From the NCBI GenBank assembly GCA_964016885.1, contig OZ024740.1, forward strand, positions 115,568,001 to 115,632,000: DNA of 64,000 bases. Reading direction: 5' to 3'. Below are positions 12,056 through 26,568 of this stretch, one piece after another (within the stretch, counting starts at the first letter, position 1; the number at the start of each line of letters is the position of its first letter). The stretch is from Eledone cirrhosa (lineage: Eukaryota). Under the pieces are notes generated by a model. It saw nothing but the letters and a program-made list of their open reading frames with translations, did no database searches and was not told the DNA's origin. Position numbers and translations under genes: made by a program.

Positions 12056-12203
12056 ATATAGAAGTGGCTTCTACAGGACTAGAACTGTTTCATTCATCAG
12101 GAAAGCTAGTCCTGTAGAAGCCATTTCTATATTAAATGTTTATACTCTGCTATGTATTGAGGACTTTACTTACTATTGTTACCCCCAGTTGCACTCGGGA
12201 TAC
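12052..12203. mobile_element. Family 3 remnant with an inverted hammerhead lacking stem II
   Basis: Minus strand CTGATGA-AT-GAAACAG; plus-strand part resumes at CTAGTCCTGTAG. Confidence 0.7.
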
Positions 12204-12205
12204 AG

Positions 12206-12237
<32 letters not shown>

Positions 12238-12310
12238 GTGTGTGTGTGTGTATATATATATATGTGTATATATAAGAAGAAATTAAAAGATGGTTAGAAA
12301 AGTTCCATGC

Positions 12311-12379
12311 ATTTTATTATGCGCATTTCAGAAACAAATATCATCCAGGGACGATATTTGCGTTCTCATCAGATAAAAT
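12311..12379 (-). ncRNA. Type I hammerhead ribozyme
   Basis: Minus strand ATTTTAT-CTGATGA-GAACGCAAATATCGTCC CT GGATGATATTTGTTTCT-GAAA-TGCGCA-TA-ATAAAAT. Confidence 0.8.
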
Positions 12380-12598
12380 AGGGAGACATGATATGAAGCT
12401 TAAAAAAGACACTTGTGAGCAAGGTAGTGTCTAAACAACATATAATGTTATTATACGTATTTTATGTATATATATATATATATATATATAAAAGTTTACA
12501 TATATATATACATATATATACATATACGTGTTTTGCAACGGGTCACTTTGTGGCTCAATGAAAATTTAATAAATTAAATAAAATAATCAGAGCTATAC

Positions 12599-12726
12599 AT
12601 CATAAAACATGTCTATAGAATCACAAGATAAAATATATACCATTTCCTCTCCCAATTAGCATAATTATGCTAATTGGGAGAGGAAATGGTATATATTTTA
12701 TCTTGTGATTCTATAGACATGTTTTA

Positions 12727-12730
<4 letters not shown>
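12599..12730. repeat. Perfect 132-bp palindrome
   Basis: Axis 12664/12665 (GCATAA|TTATGC); 66-bp arms. Confidence 0.92.
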
Positions 12731-12763
<33 letters not shown>

Positions 12764-12776
12764 CATACACACACAT

Positions 12777-12840
<64 letters not shown>

Positions 12841-12850
12841 ATATATATAC

Positions 12851-12899
<49 letters not shown>

Positions 12900-13177
12900 A
12901 CTTAAGTATCAGTTGGAGAAGAAACAAGCCTACACTAGGTGAATGGAGGCGGATAAATGTAGCATTCTACGGTGTTTCTGTGATTGGATGTATTCTAGCG
13001 TGAGGTGATGCCAGAAATGTATTTGCTGAAACATACCACCTTGCCCACTTTTATTATTCTCTTACCTTTTTTCTCTTCCTGTCTCTCTATGCATATATAT
13101 ATATTTATATGAGTGTGTGAGTCTGTATGTACATGCATACACACACACACATACACACACACACACACACACATGTG

Positions 13178-13753
<576 letters not shown>

Positions 13754-13754
13754 C

Positions 13755-13791
<37 letters not shown>

Positions 13792-14061
13792 CATACATGT
13801 ACAAATCTTTCACTACGTTGCCCTTTTTGTCTACATTAATGGTTTATTTATCAGGCAATATGTTGAAACGGTGAAACTATTCACATGTGTTCCTCTTCCG
13901 ATTTATGATTCCCGCCAAAACAGTGGAAAATCTAAGAATAACAACATGAATACTTGAATGGCAAAAGGAAATAGTTTGCTTTCAATAGGTTATGGAAAAA
14001 CTATTGAACACTTTAATGAAAACTATATGGGAAAATATATATAGAGCTCTAGATCTCTCTC

Positions 14062-14096
<35 letters not shown>

Positions 14097-14208
14097 TTCT
14101 ATCTATCTATCTATCTATCTATCTATATCTCTATGTTTCTCTCTCACACACACTCTCCCTCTCTCTCTTCCTCTCTCTCTTCCTCTCTCTCTCTCTCTCT
14201 CTCTCTTT

Positions 14209-14257
<49 letters not shown>

Positions 14258-14304
14258 TTATATATATATATGAAACATATATACCTATATATATATACAT
14301 ATAC

Positions 14305-14409
<105 letters not shown>

Positions 14410-15184
14410 TAATGATATATAGTGGGTGGCGTAGGGTAGTATAATTGTGAAGGGGGAAGGAAAGAGCAATTTAGGAAATAAGCAAGATGGAAATATGAAA
14501 TAAAATAAGAAAGAAAGAAAGAAAGAAAGATAGAAAGAAAGAAAGAATGAATGAAAGAAAGAATGTTGTAGGAGAAGGATATGAGTGAAAAGAAGTGAAG
14601 TTACTTGGTGGAAATAGAGAGAGAATGAGAGACGGTGACAGGTGGAATAAAGAAGGGAATGGAAAGGAATACGATAGCGAGAGAGGGGAGGAGGGGGAGG
14701 AGGGGGAGAAGAAGAAGAAGAAGAAGAAGAAGAAGAAGAAGAAGAAGAAGAAGAAGAAGAAGAAGAAGAAGAAGAAGAAGAAGAAGAAGAAGAAGAAGAG
14801 GAATTGTGAAGGACTTACAATACAAAACCCCCAGCGAAACTGTTCAATCAAGCGTGTAATAAGGAAAAGTTCGGTGGAGTGGAACAAATGACAATTTCAA
14901 TAGTTGATAGTTTTCTAGGGAAAGAGGAAGGAGGTGGGAGATAGGGGAGATAATTCATTATGGATTTTAGTTTTAAAATGATAGAACATGGAGAATCTCC
15001 ATGTAAAGATCACAACTTGTATATGTTTCATTGAACTCCTAATATGATACTCCTCTGAATTTAAGACAATTATCTTTCACTACATTTTCTTAAGGGTTAA
15101 TATTTTTATTTGGGTAAAAGCTTCTCAAATAAACCATCCAATACAAAGGTTTAGAGTTTTAATTATTATATTTGTAGTTGAATT

Positions 15185-15588
15185 AGGAGAATTGTTAAAG
15201 CATCGGACAATCGTATAGCAGAAGTATTTGTTCGGGCTCTTTATGTTCTAAGTTCAAATCCCACCGAGGCCAACTTTGGCTTTCAGACTCCTGTGATCGA
15301 TAAAATAAAGAACCAGTCGCGTACGGGGGTCGATATAATTGACTTTCTCCGCTCCTCACAAATTGCTGGCTTTGTACCAATATAAGAAACCAAAGGGCGG
15401 TGGATTGGCAGTATCGGTAGAAGGTCGGAAGCTATGCTTTGCAGCATAGAATTACGGCCCTTTGATTTCTGAGTTCGAATCCCGCAGAGGTTTACTTTGC
15501 CTTTCATCCTTAAGTGGTCGATAAAATAAAGTACCAGTAATGCACTGGAATAATTGCTGGCCTTGTGCCAAAAGAAGAAACAATTATT
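15185..15588 (+). mobile_element. Two tandem tRNA-SINE copies (diverged long form, then short form at 15395-15588)
   Basis: B boxes GTTCAAATCC / GTTCGAATCC and shared central domain. Confidence 0.85.
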
Positions 15589-15665
15589 AGTAGAGGTGGT
15601 GGTGGTGGTGGTAGTGGTGGTAGTAGTAGTAATAGTTGTTGTTGTTGTTGTTGTTGTTGTAGTAT

Positions 15666-15711
<46 letters not shown>

Positions 15712-15730
15712 TGTTGTTGTTGTTGTTGCT

Positions 15731-15790
<60 letters not shown>

Positions 15791-15798
15791 ATTGAGTA

Positions 15799-16130
15799 AT
15801 TGTTTCTACTTTTGGCTTGGCACAAGGCCAGCAATTACTCCAGTGCATTACTGGTACTTTATTTTATCGACCCCGTAAGGATGAAAGGCAAAGTTAACCT
15901 CGGCGGGATTTGAACTCAGATCATTAAGGGACGTAACTATGCAGGAAAGCATGGCGTCCGACCCTCTACCGATACTGCCAATCCACGCCCTATTAGTAGT
16001 TTATAATAATTGTTTCTGCTTTTGGCACAAGATAATAATTGTTTCTACTTTAGGCACAAGGCCAGAAATTACCCAGTGCATTACTGGTACTTTATTTTAT
16101 CGACCCCGTAAGGATGAAAGGCAAAGTCAA
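15799..16130 (-). mobile_element. tRNA-SINE copy plus partial copies
   Basis: Matches 5520-5706. Confidence 0.88.
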
Positions 16131-16233
16131 CAAGATAATAATGTTTTGTTTTCATTGTCACAAGGAGACATTACAGTAATGGTAGAACGGAGAGTTTACA
16201 TTGAATGTGATAGGAAAATGACAAGTGAAAATA

Positions 16234-16286
<53 letters not shown>

Positions 16287-16305
16287 CCCATTTGCAACTC
16301 CTTAT

Positions 16306-16389
<84 letters not shown>

Positions 16390-17308
16390 GGTAATCCATA
16401 TGAAATAAGTATAGAGAACTCAATACAATGTAGATTATATTGGTACTGTTTATAGAATGGGTGTTATTTGTTATTCAAAGTTTTAACATAAATAACGATA
16501 ATATTTAGGAATCATTCTGCATCAAGGGGATCATTCAGCACCAAAATACATTTTAAATTTAATTTCATTGCCATTTTAAAATGTGGCTAGTTCCTGCCAT
16601 ATGCTTTACAACGTAATTTACAATAGCTTGGAGAAATTTTTTATTTTGGATTTGTCTTTAGAGAATAATCTAAGTTTTATTACAAGCAATTATTCGTTAG
16701 TTCGACATGAATCTATTGACCACATAGCAGAAAATCTTATGTGTATTGACCATATACAACTAGAACTTACGTGTATTGGTCATATATTGCAATACTTAAC
16801 GGTATTGATCAGATGATGATTTGACTAAGTGTCTCGATCACATACTGCTTTGACTAACCAGATATCGCTGTGATATATAAGTATATAAAAAAATATATTA
16901 ACTACACTAGCAGAAAAACCACCGTTCGGATGGTTTTCTGTTAGCATCTGTAGTGTGCATATTGATATTATACACAAGTATATATACATATAGATATGAA
17001 ACATCAAATAAAATCGTAATTGACAATATACACGGAAATTGAACGAAGACTGCGTTACACTCTCTTATGTAATCAGTAACGCAATCCATGATACATTAAA
17101 AAAAGACGATATTGTATATAAACTGCATTAGGAGAAAATTAGTGACGGATATATATGAGTGTTTATTTAAGCGATCGTGTTGACATTTGAAAATGTTAAA
17201 GAAGTGAATCTATAAATAAACAATAAAATATATCTAATCAACAGCTACAAAATTTAGTAGATAAATTATGTAATATTCATTCATTATTTATTCAAAGTAA
17301 TTTATCTA

Positions 17309-17500
17309 GGGCGGTGGATTGGCAGTATCGGTAAAGGGTCGGACGCCATGCTTTGACGCATAGAGTTACGGTCCTTGCCATTCTGAGTTCAAATCCTGTC
17401 CAGGTTAACTTTGCCTTTCATCCTTACGGGGTCGATAAAATAAAGTACCAATAATGCACTGGGTAATTGCTGGTTTTGTGCCAAAAGTAGAAACAATTAT
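17309..17500 (+). mobile_element. tRNA-SINE (short subfamily)
   Basis: GGGCGGTGGATTGGCAGTATCGG..GTTCAAATCC..AGTAGAAACAATT; TTATTTATTCAAAGTAAT present on both sides (possible TSD). Confidence 0.9.
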
Positions 17501-18301
17501 TTATTCAAAGTAATCCAACTTATTTTACTAACTGGATTAAAAGAAATAAACCGTACGCAGTACCGCACTCCTTACTTTATTATAGTTTAGATATCATTCA
17601 AACGTATGTCTAAAGTGTTTTGACCACATACCATTATTAGTTAAGTGTATAAACTAAATACACATCGAAAGGCTGGTATCAAGAAAATGGTGATTCACGC
17701 ATCTCCAATACAATTAATTTAAGAAATTTCCAAGCAACAAAAGAACCACCAAAAACCAACAAAGAAAAAGAAGACGAGGACGAAACGATATCTTCAACAT
17801 CTGCATCTTTATCGCCGTCGTCATCCTCGCCGATGTCGTCGTCGTCGTCGTCGTTGTCCTCGTCGTCCTCGTCGTTGTCGTCATTGTCGTCGTCATCATC
17901 AACAACAACAACAACAACAAATAGACGTTATACCAGCAGTTACAAAAACAACAAAACGAACATCTAAGCAATAACAACTACAACAACAAAATCAAGACAG
18001 CAATAGCAACAACAACGTGAAGCTAACATGAGACATGACAGCAAAAATGAATGATTTTCTTGCCAAAATGATTAAAACTGAACGATGTAAACAAAAAGAA
18101 CAAATTAAGTAAATGAGGCTAACGCCTCCCCCCTCCCCTGCAAAAATGTCAGGAAATTCTAAAAAATGAAATGAGAATAACGGTACTAACTGTTTAAAGA
18201 AAAAATATATATATATAATTGTTCATATATATGTATACACATACACTCTCACATATATATATGTATATGTACATGCATACATATATATACATATATATAT
18301 A

Positions 18302-18385
<84 letters not shown>

Positions 18386-18438
18386 CATATATACATATAT
18401 ACACACACATACATATATACATATATGCTTATATCTAT

Positions 18439-18500
<62 letters not shown>

Positions 18501-18631
18501 ATATATATATACATATACACATATATGTATAGATATGTACATATATATATACACACACAGATATATATACATATATATATACATATAAATATACATTCAT
18601 ATATATATATATATATGTTTGTGTATGTGTA

Positions 18632-18720
<89 letters not shown>

Positions 18721-18748
18721 GTATATATATATATGTATATATATATAT

Positions 18749-18821
<73 letters not shown>

Positions 18822-18859
18822 TACATACATACAAGACAAATTCATTTTAAAATTAATAT

Positions 18860-19037
18860 AATTGTTTCTACTTTAGGCACAAGGCCAGCAATTATCCAGT
18901 GCATTACTGGTACTTTATTTTATCGACCCCGTAAGGATGAAAGGCAAAGTCAACCTCGGCGGGATTTGAACTCAGATCGTAAAGGGACGTAACTATGCTG
19001 GAAAGCATGGCGTCCGACCCTCTACCGATACTGCCAA
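18860..19037 (-). mobile_element. tRNA-SINE (short subfamily)
   Basis: Matches 5520-5706. Confidence 0.9.
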
Positions 19038-19674
19038 GGTTAAAAAGTTTCGCCTGGACTTAAATAAAGACAGAAATACTCTTGGTTTTTGGGGAGGGGT
19101 GTTTTGGTGTGTTTTTTGTTGTTGTTTCGGGTGTCTTTTTTTCGTTTTACTTTTGCATTTTCCCTTTTTTTTATTTCATTTTCTTTTTTTTTTTTTTTCT
19201 TGCTGGGATTTTGTTTGTTTTCTGCTTGGATATATGTCTCGGTTAATAAAATAAATTATATGGTGAAGAAATAGGGGTAGGTAAGTGTTTGTCGGAGTGC
19301 TTGTTTGCCTAAAAGGTGTATGGATATTTTCAGGCTTGGTGTAGTTTCTTGTAATAATGATAATTATTTGTTTAGTGTGACATTGTCATGTGTCAAGAAC
19401 TTTTTCGTATTGTTTTCAAAATGGCGGAGCCGATGTTGTTATGAAAGCTGATGGACCATTTACTTTCTTCGTCTTCTTCTGCTTATTTTTATTGTTATTC
19501 GTACTTTCTTGCTTTTCTTCGTTTTTTTCTCTTTATTTTTATTGTTATTCGTATTGTTGTTCTTTCTCGTCTTCTTCTTCTTCGATGGCTTCTTCCCTTC
19601 TTTCCCTTCTTGCATGCTCCTCTGCTGTGTTTTTCCTTCTTCTTCGTCGTCGTCATCTCCTTCTTCTTCATCAT

Positions 19675-19675
19675 C

Positions 19676-19707
<32 letters not shown>

Positions 19708-19860
19708 CTTCTTCTTCTTCTTCTTCTTCTTCTTCTTCTTCTTCTTCTTCTTCTTCTTCTTCTTCTTCTTCTTCTTCTTCTTCTACTACTACTACTACCA
19801 CCACCACCACCACCACCACCACCACCACCACCACCACCACCACCACCACCACTACTGCTG

Positions 19861-19897
<37 letters not shown>

Positions 19898-19922
19898 CAC
19901 TACTACTACCACCACCACCACC

Positions 19923-19973
<51 letters not shown>

Positions 19974-20191
19974 TCTTCTTACTTTTATTCATGCTCTACC
20001 CTTATTCTCTTTTCACTATATGTTTGTTTTTACCTTTTCTTCACCTTCCATCTGATTCACATTCAATCTCATTCTTACCTTTCTTATCCATCTGTTCTTC
20101 TCTTTTTCTTCGTCATCATCACCTTCGCCTTGTGTTCCTTCTTATTGTTATAGTTCATTACTACCACCATTACCCCTACAACGCCTATCTC

Positions 20192-20244
<53 letters not shown>

Positions 20245-20428
20245 CATCATCATCATCATCAACATCATCATCATCATCATCATCTACATCATCACCATCA
20301 TCAACAACATCATCATCATCATCAACATCATCACATCATCATCATCATCATCAACATCATCATCATCAACATCATCATCATCATCATCAACATCATCACA
20401 TCATCATCAACATCATCATCATCAACAA

Positions 20429-20466
<38 letters not shown>

Positions 20467-20826
20467 ACATCATCATCATCTTCATCATCAACATCATCAT
20501 CATCAACATCATCATCATCATCATCATCAACATCATCATCATCAACATCATTATCATCATCATCATCAACATCATCACATCATCATCAACATCATCATCA
20601 TCAACATCATCATCATCATCATCATCATCATCAACATCATCATCATCATCATCATCAACATCATCAACATCATCATCATCATCAACATCATCAACAACAT
20701 CATCATCATCATCATTCTACTATATTCGTTCCTTCCATTCCTATTCCTCATCTACATCTGTTTGTTCCCGTTTTTACCACCATTTTGCCAAGTATTTTTG
20801 ACTGTTCATTCTACTTTCTTTCTTTC

Positions 20827-20858
<32 letters not shown>

Positions 20859-20890
20859 CTACAACAACAACAACAACAACAACAACAAAT
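19675..20890. repeat. Compound trinucleotide microsatellites (CTT, CCA, CTA, CAT, CAA)
   Basis: Direct reading. Confidence 0.95.
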
Positions 20891-21075
20891 AAAACCCTAG
20901 ACCAAAAAAAAAACAAAAAAAATATGGAAATTTAAATTTAAAAAATTTGAAAACAAAAGAAACAAATTAAATAAGGAATACGTAAAAGTATTTTTTAAGA
21001 CTCCTTTTTGTTTCATCACCATCATCTTCTTATTATTATTATTCTTATTCTTCTTCTTCCTATTATTATTATTAT

Positions 21076-21465
21076 TTGAAACTTCATTTGAATCCTGCTT
21101 CTTTCCTAAATCATGCCGAGTGTCAACCTGACACCTGAGGCAAAATTTGATAATATACACATTTTACAATCAATTATTATACAAATGATGCCAAAAGGGC
21201 TCAAACAACATCAAATGTCTTTACAATGTTTTTAAATTGATAATGCCATTCTCAGGATATGGTCAGTGCAAGTCAGCACCATTCTCTGTATCTCTTGCAG
21301 AGATGGCTTTCCAAGTATCCGGCCCAAATATTTTTCAGTTTTTGTGGGGGCTTTTTTATCATTCCAGTTGCGCCGACTATCACTGTGCATGCCTTGTACA
21401 GTTATTGTACAGGCCTTGAGATGCCATATTTTCTCAATTTCAAGTGAAAGATCTTTATACTTACT
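21076..21465 (-). mobile_element. 3' fragment of an R4/Dong-like RLE LINE with (TAA)n tail
   Basis: Frameshifted minus-strand translation LEIEKIWHLKA..VIVGATGMIKK..LQEIQRMVLTCTDHILRMALSI resembles the C-terminus at 34375-34635. Confidence 0.7.
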
Positions 21466-21571
21466 GAACTTTCCGATAAAATAAAGTCCCAGTAATGCAC
21501 TGGGATAGATTTAATCAATTCCCCTCCCAACAAAATTGTTGGACTTGTACCTAAATCGGAAACCATTATTA

Positions 21572-21845
21572 GAGTGATGAAACCGTTATGCACACACTCG
21601 TGGAGTCTCCGAGCATTGCTGACTTGTAAAGTTATATCGAATAGCTATGATCGCGTGTATACGATTATCGGCCAACTCTATCATGAAGATCGCCCCTCCC
21701 CCCTTATTTTCCTTATATTTTTATTGTTATTTTGTTATTGTTATTTATATTGTTTACACCTTGTATATGTAAACCCCCACTATCCCTGTCTTTTGTATTG
21801 TCCCCTATATGTCGTCCCTTGTGGCCAATAAATGAAACTATTATT
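21572..21845 (+). mobile_element. Degenerate, internally deleted Tx1-like 3' fragment
   Basis: 21572-21700 aligns to 49017-49150; the end CCCTTGTGGCCAATAAATGAAACTATTATT matches the Tx1 3' end at 49643-49670. Confidence 0.7.
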
Positions 21846-21945
21846 TCTTCTTTTTTTCTCCGACTTTTCTTTCTTTTTCCTTCCTTCGTTTACTTCTTTC
21901 TATTTCTTTCTTTTGTTTCTTTTCCTTCTTCATTTCCTTCTTTCC

Positions 21946-22017
<72 letters not shown>

Positions 22018-22571
22018 TTTCTTTCGTTCTACTTTTTTCCTTTCTTTTCTACTTTCTTAGTCTCATTTCTTTTTTTTTTTTTTTTGCCTTCTTCATTTAC
22101 TTCTTCATTCTTCCTTCCTTCTCTTCTTCCTTTCTCTTGTTCTTCTTCTTCCTCTATTATCTTAAATCTGTTACTCTTTGTTTTGTCTTTTATTTACTCT
22201 TTTATTATTAATCTCTACGATTTTCTACTATTTCCGTGTGTGTGTCCCAATGTCTCAAACTTTTTTAACGATATATAAATAGCATTGTTTTTTCCAATAT
22301 TTAAACTAAATTAAGCTAAACATGGGGATGGGTTAACTCTTTGCACACCAAATATTTAATTTTCAGAGATAATTATAGAAAATCTATTAAAAAAGTCCGC
22401 AAATTTGATAATATACACATTTTACAATCAATTATTATAGACATATTTGTTTGTATGCTTTCATTGTATTATTCTTTTTCTATTTTATTTTGGGGAAATC
22501 TTCAATTCAATATTGACTTTTTCTTAACTGTGTACACAGTCGCAATATTTTTACGAAATGTAATTTGATGG

Positions 22572-22770
22572 GAGGCGAGGAATTGGCAGAGTCGCTGGAA
22601 CGTCAGATGGGGTGATTCGTTGTATTTATTTTAGCTCTCTGCGCTCTAATTCAAACCCAGCCGAAGTCAACTTTACCGTTCATCATTTCGCGGTCTATAA
22701 ATAAAGTACGAATCCAGCATTGAGGTCGATCCATACCCCACTCCTACTATTTTTCCTCTTTCTTGGCAAT
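22572..22770 (+). mobile_element. Diverged tRNA-SINE
   Basis: GGCGAGGAATTGGCAGAGTCG..TTCAAACCCAGCCGAAGTCAACTTT. Confidence 0.65.
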
Positions 22771-22895
22771 GTTCAGACAAGGGGCTGGCCAGCCGCAGGT
22801 GTGAGCCTCGCGAATTGGAATGGCTCTTCCAGCGCATCTCCCTTACCATCCTCCGGAGAAACGCCTTCTCCATTCTGTCCGCCGGGGCTGTGGGG
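22765..22895 (+). mobile_element. CRE-clade-like RLE LINE C-terminal fragment
   Basis: GEPRELEWLFQRISLTILRRNAFSIL matches the QRIS.A..RGNA..IL end motif; paralogous to 24530-24826. Confidence 0.65.
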
Positions 22896-23249
22896 AGGGC
22901 AGCAGGTGAGACTCCATTTCTCACCATACGGAGAGATGTGGATGGCGAGAGAGATAGAGGTGGTGAGAGTGGGAGTTCGGTTCTTCCACGTTTGGGCCAT
23001 ATCCTTGTAGTTGTGTTCATTAAACAGTTAAAGATTTCACAGTTTATGTAATAAGGAGAGGGGTGAGCTCCGCCAGTTTTAAAATGTCCAAGACATGCTG
23101 TATCATCAGGACAATTCTACGACATCAGGTCTTCAGAACCCATATGATGTAATTCAAAGTCTCCGAAATTCCGAAGTGAATGCCTTGCGGTGTTTAATTA
23201 GTTAAATCTAATTACGTTATAATTTCAAATTGCAAAAATGATCACGACG

Positions 23250-24450
23250 AATTGAGCCAAGTCGATAGAACGTAAGACAATATACATCCCTTTCGATATT
23301 CAAATTCCGGGTGAATCCCGTTAAGGTCGAATTTGCTTTACATCCTTCGGGGTCGATAAAATAAAGTAGTAGTTAAGTATTGATGCTTATTTAATCGACT
23401 TCCCCACTCCCATCACTATAAAAAAGTACTGGCCTTTTGACTAAATTAGAAACCAAGATTGTCAGTATCGGTAGAGCGTCGGACAAAAGGTTTTACGATA
23501 TTTAGTCAAGACTTTCTACGTTCAAATCCTGCCGAGGTTAACTTTGCTTTTCATCCTTACAGGGTCGATAAAATAAATTACCAGTAACACACTGGGGTCG
23601 ATTGGTTGGCCTTGTGCCTAAAGCAAACATTATTATTATTATTATGAATTGGTAGAATCGTTTGAGCTTTATGGTATTCGCGCCGGCTCACTGTTCAACT
23701 TTACCTTCCGTCCAATTTAGAACATGTGATTTAATTTACTTTCTACTCTGCATTCCCAAATAAAATTGTTAATTTTGTGTCTAAATTAGACATTTTCTTC
23801 TTATTATTATTATTAGTTCAAAGGGCGGTGGATTGGCAGTATCGGTAGCGGGTTGGACGCCATGCTTTCTAGCATAGAGTTACGTCCCTTTACGGTCTGA
23901 GTTCAAATCCCGTCGAGTTTAACTTTGCCTTTCATCCTTACGGGGTCGATAAAATGAAGTACCAGTAATGTATTGGGTAATTGCTGGCTCTGTGCCAAAA
24001 GTAGAAACAATTATTATTAGTTCAAATGGAGGTTTCGGGGGAGCGACGGACAACATACTTGACTGCATAGAGTTACGGCCCTTTACGTTCTGGGATCCCG
24101 CCGAGGTTAGCTATGTCTTTCATCCTTAGGGGTTCGATAAAATAAAGTACCAGTAATGCACTGGGGTCGATTTAATCGACTTTCCCCTCGCTTTCAAATT
24201 ACTGGCCTTGTGCCTAAATCAGAAACAATTATTAGTTCAAATGGAGGTTTCGGTAGAGCGTCGGACAACATGCTTGGCTGCATAGAGTTACGTCCCTTTA
24301 CGTTCTGAGTTCAAATCCCGCCGAGGTTAGCTTTGCCTTTCATCCTTACGGGGTCGATAAAATAAAGTACCAGTAATGTACTGGAGTCGATTTAATCGAC
24401 TTTCCCCTCTCCCCAAATTGCTGGCCTTGCACCTATAGTAGAAATCAATA
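23250..24450 (+). mobile_element. Head-to-tail cluster of about six tRNA-SINE copies of differing age
   Basis: Repeated central domain near 23340, 23550, 23930, 24120 and 24340. Confidence 0.85.
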
Positions 24451-24529
24451 TAAAATAACGATCATATTGTTTGATATTTGTTAATAATAGAAATTGTTTA
24501 TTTCAGAAACTATTAATAACAAATATTCC

Positions 24530-24826
24530 ATTGACTCTATGCAAGATATAAGTCTGCGACTAACCCAGGTTCTGCTGCGCGTCGGGCTGGGGAGGCCAAA
24601 CTCCTCAAATACCGGTCGCTATCCGACAGGTTTGCGGTTGTACCCTTGGCAGTCGAGACTTCTGGTGTCCTCGGCCCTAGGGCTACTTCCCTACTCACCA
24701 TCATAGGCGCTGAGCTGGCCAGCCACAGGTGAGAGTCCCGTGAGTTGGAGTGGCTTTTCCAGCGCGTCTCCCTTGCCGTCCTCAGGGGAAACGCCTTCTC
24801 CATTCTGTCCACCGGGGCTGTGGGGA
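24530..24826 (+). mobile_element. CRE-clade-like RLE LINE C-terminal fragment
   Basis: KYRSLSDRFAVVPLAVETSGVLGPRATSLL..ESRELEWLFQRVSLAVLRGNAFSIL. Confidence 0.72.
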
Positions 24827-25097
24827 GACAAGCTGATTATATTACGAATTCTGTTGAATAGTCTTATATATTGTGTAGTCACCTACTTTTATATAGTTGA
24901 CTTTTCAAGCAATCCTCCTGTTTGTTATCTCTTAAATTTTGCAGGTAACAGAATATTTATTCTTAAGCTCGGCCACACAGTGTATCATTCAATGCAAGTT
25001 TAGTGTGGTTATTATACAAACTGTAATACAAGCATTTCTATAAGAAGCATGCTATATGTTATATGGTTTCAAAGCAATTCCTCGTTTCTTATTTAAT

Positions 25098-25532
25098 ATT
25101 TGCTTCTACTTTTGGCACAAGACCAGCAATTTGAAGGGAAGGATAAAGTCGTTTAAAACGACCCCAGTGTGTTACTGGTGCTCTATTTTATCACCCTCGT
25201 AAGGATGAAAAGCCAAGCTAAACTCAGCAGGATTTTAATTCAGAATGTAAAAGGACGTAACTCTATACTGCCAAACGTTGTCCGATGCTCTATTGATATT
25301 GCCAATCCCCTCTCACTTAATAATTGTTTCTTATATAGGCACAAGGCCAGCAATTTTGGAGTAGTCTATTAAATCGACCCCAGTGCGTGACTGGTACTTT
25401 ATTTTATCGACCCGGTGAGGATGAAAGGCAAAGTTAACCTCGGCGGGATTTGAACTCAGAACGTAAAGGGCCGTAACAGTATTCTGCAAATCATAGAGTC
25501 CGACTCTATCCCGATACTACCAATCCACTGCC
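25098..25532 (-). mobile_element. Two tandem tRNA-SINE copies
   Basis: Central domain and B box on the minus strand. Confidence 0.85.
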
Positions 25533-25710
25533 CTCCTCTCATTTAATAATGATAAATATTGTTTTTAAATCTACTAAAAGAAATAAGAAAATGAGAAAGA
25601 TATCCCTCCAGTTTAGTTCATGTAATCGTTTCCTGAACATCATCTAAATTATTCCTCTCTCACTCTCTCTCTCTCTCACTCTCCCCCCCCCCTCTCTCTC
25701 TCTCTCTCTC

Positions 25711-25749
<39 letters not shown>

Positions 25750-25916
25750 TCGGCGGCTCAGGATATTTTTCAATTAACTTACTACAAGTGAAACGAGTTC
25801 GCAAAGACAAGTTTTCATCAGTATCATGTTGTGAGCTCTCTGAAACAGATAATAACAAACCAGAATATCGTTTTCATAAAGTAAACACCATATCTTTCAA
25901 TTGTGTTGACATTCTT

Positions 25917-26515
25917 TTTACTGGTTTCAATCATTAGATAGCGGCCAGGCTGGGTCACCACCTCGAAGAGATTTTACTCAATCATTTCAAACCAAGTACT
26001 TATTATTTTCCGTGGCAAATAAAAGAAATCATTATTTTTCAAGTGCAGTCTCGGTAGAGTGTCGTACGCCATGCTTTGCAGCACAGAGTTACGTCCCTTT
26101 ACGGACAGAGTAAATCCCACTGAGGTTGACTTTGTCTTTCATCCTTACGGGGTCGATAAAATAAATCACCAGTAGCATACTGGGGTCGATTTAATCGACT
26201 TTCCCCTCCCCCCAAATTACTGACCCTGTGCCTATACTAGAAACCATTATTTTTCAAGTGCAGTATCGGTAGAGGGTCGGACGCCATGCTTTGCAACACA
26301 GATTTACGTCCCTTTATGGACTGAGTTCAAATCCTACCGAGGTTAACTTTGCCTTTCATCCTTACGGGATCGATAAAATAAAGTACCAGTAATTTACTGG
26401 TAATTTGCTGGACTTGTGCCTAAAGTAGAAACAATTATTTTTCAAGTTTGGTGCTGTACATATTTTATCGATTTCGTTCTTTCGAACTGCTGGTTAACTG
26501 GCTATGAACTATTAA
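25917..26515. mobile_element. Older octopus-type SINE remnant interrupted by two plus-strand tRNA-SINE copies (26045-26250, 26260-26440)
   Basis: TTTACTGGTTTCAATCATTAGATAGCGGCCAGGCTGGGTCACCACC resembles, from memory, the abundant Octopus SINE end TTTACTTGTTTCAGTCATT..GCGGCCATGCTGGAGCACCGCC; ATTATTTTTCAAGT is repeated at the inserted-copy junctions. Confidence 0.6.
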
Positions 26516-26529
26516 CACACACACACACA

Positions 26530-26568
<39 letters not shown>

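Noticed and set aside
15395-15490. A/B boxes as tRNA genes
   Set aside because: No complete cloverleaf; always attached to the SINE body
16714-16812. Diverged ~30-bp periodic repeat starting TATTGACCA
   Set aside because: Ordinary decayed minisatellite with no other signal
19390-20935. Long ORFs of 221-494 aa
   Set aside because: Stop-free trinucleotide microsatellites producing homopolymer peptides
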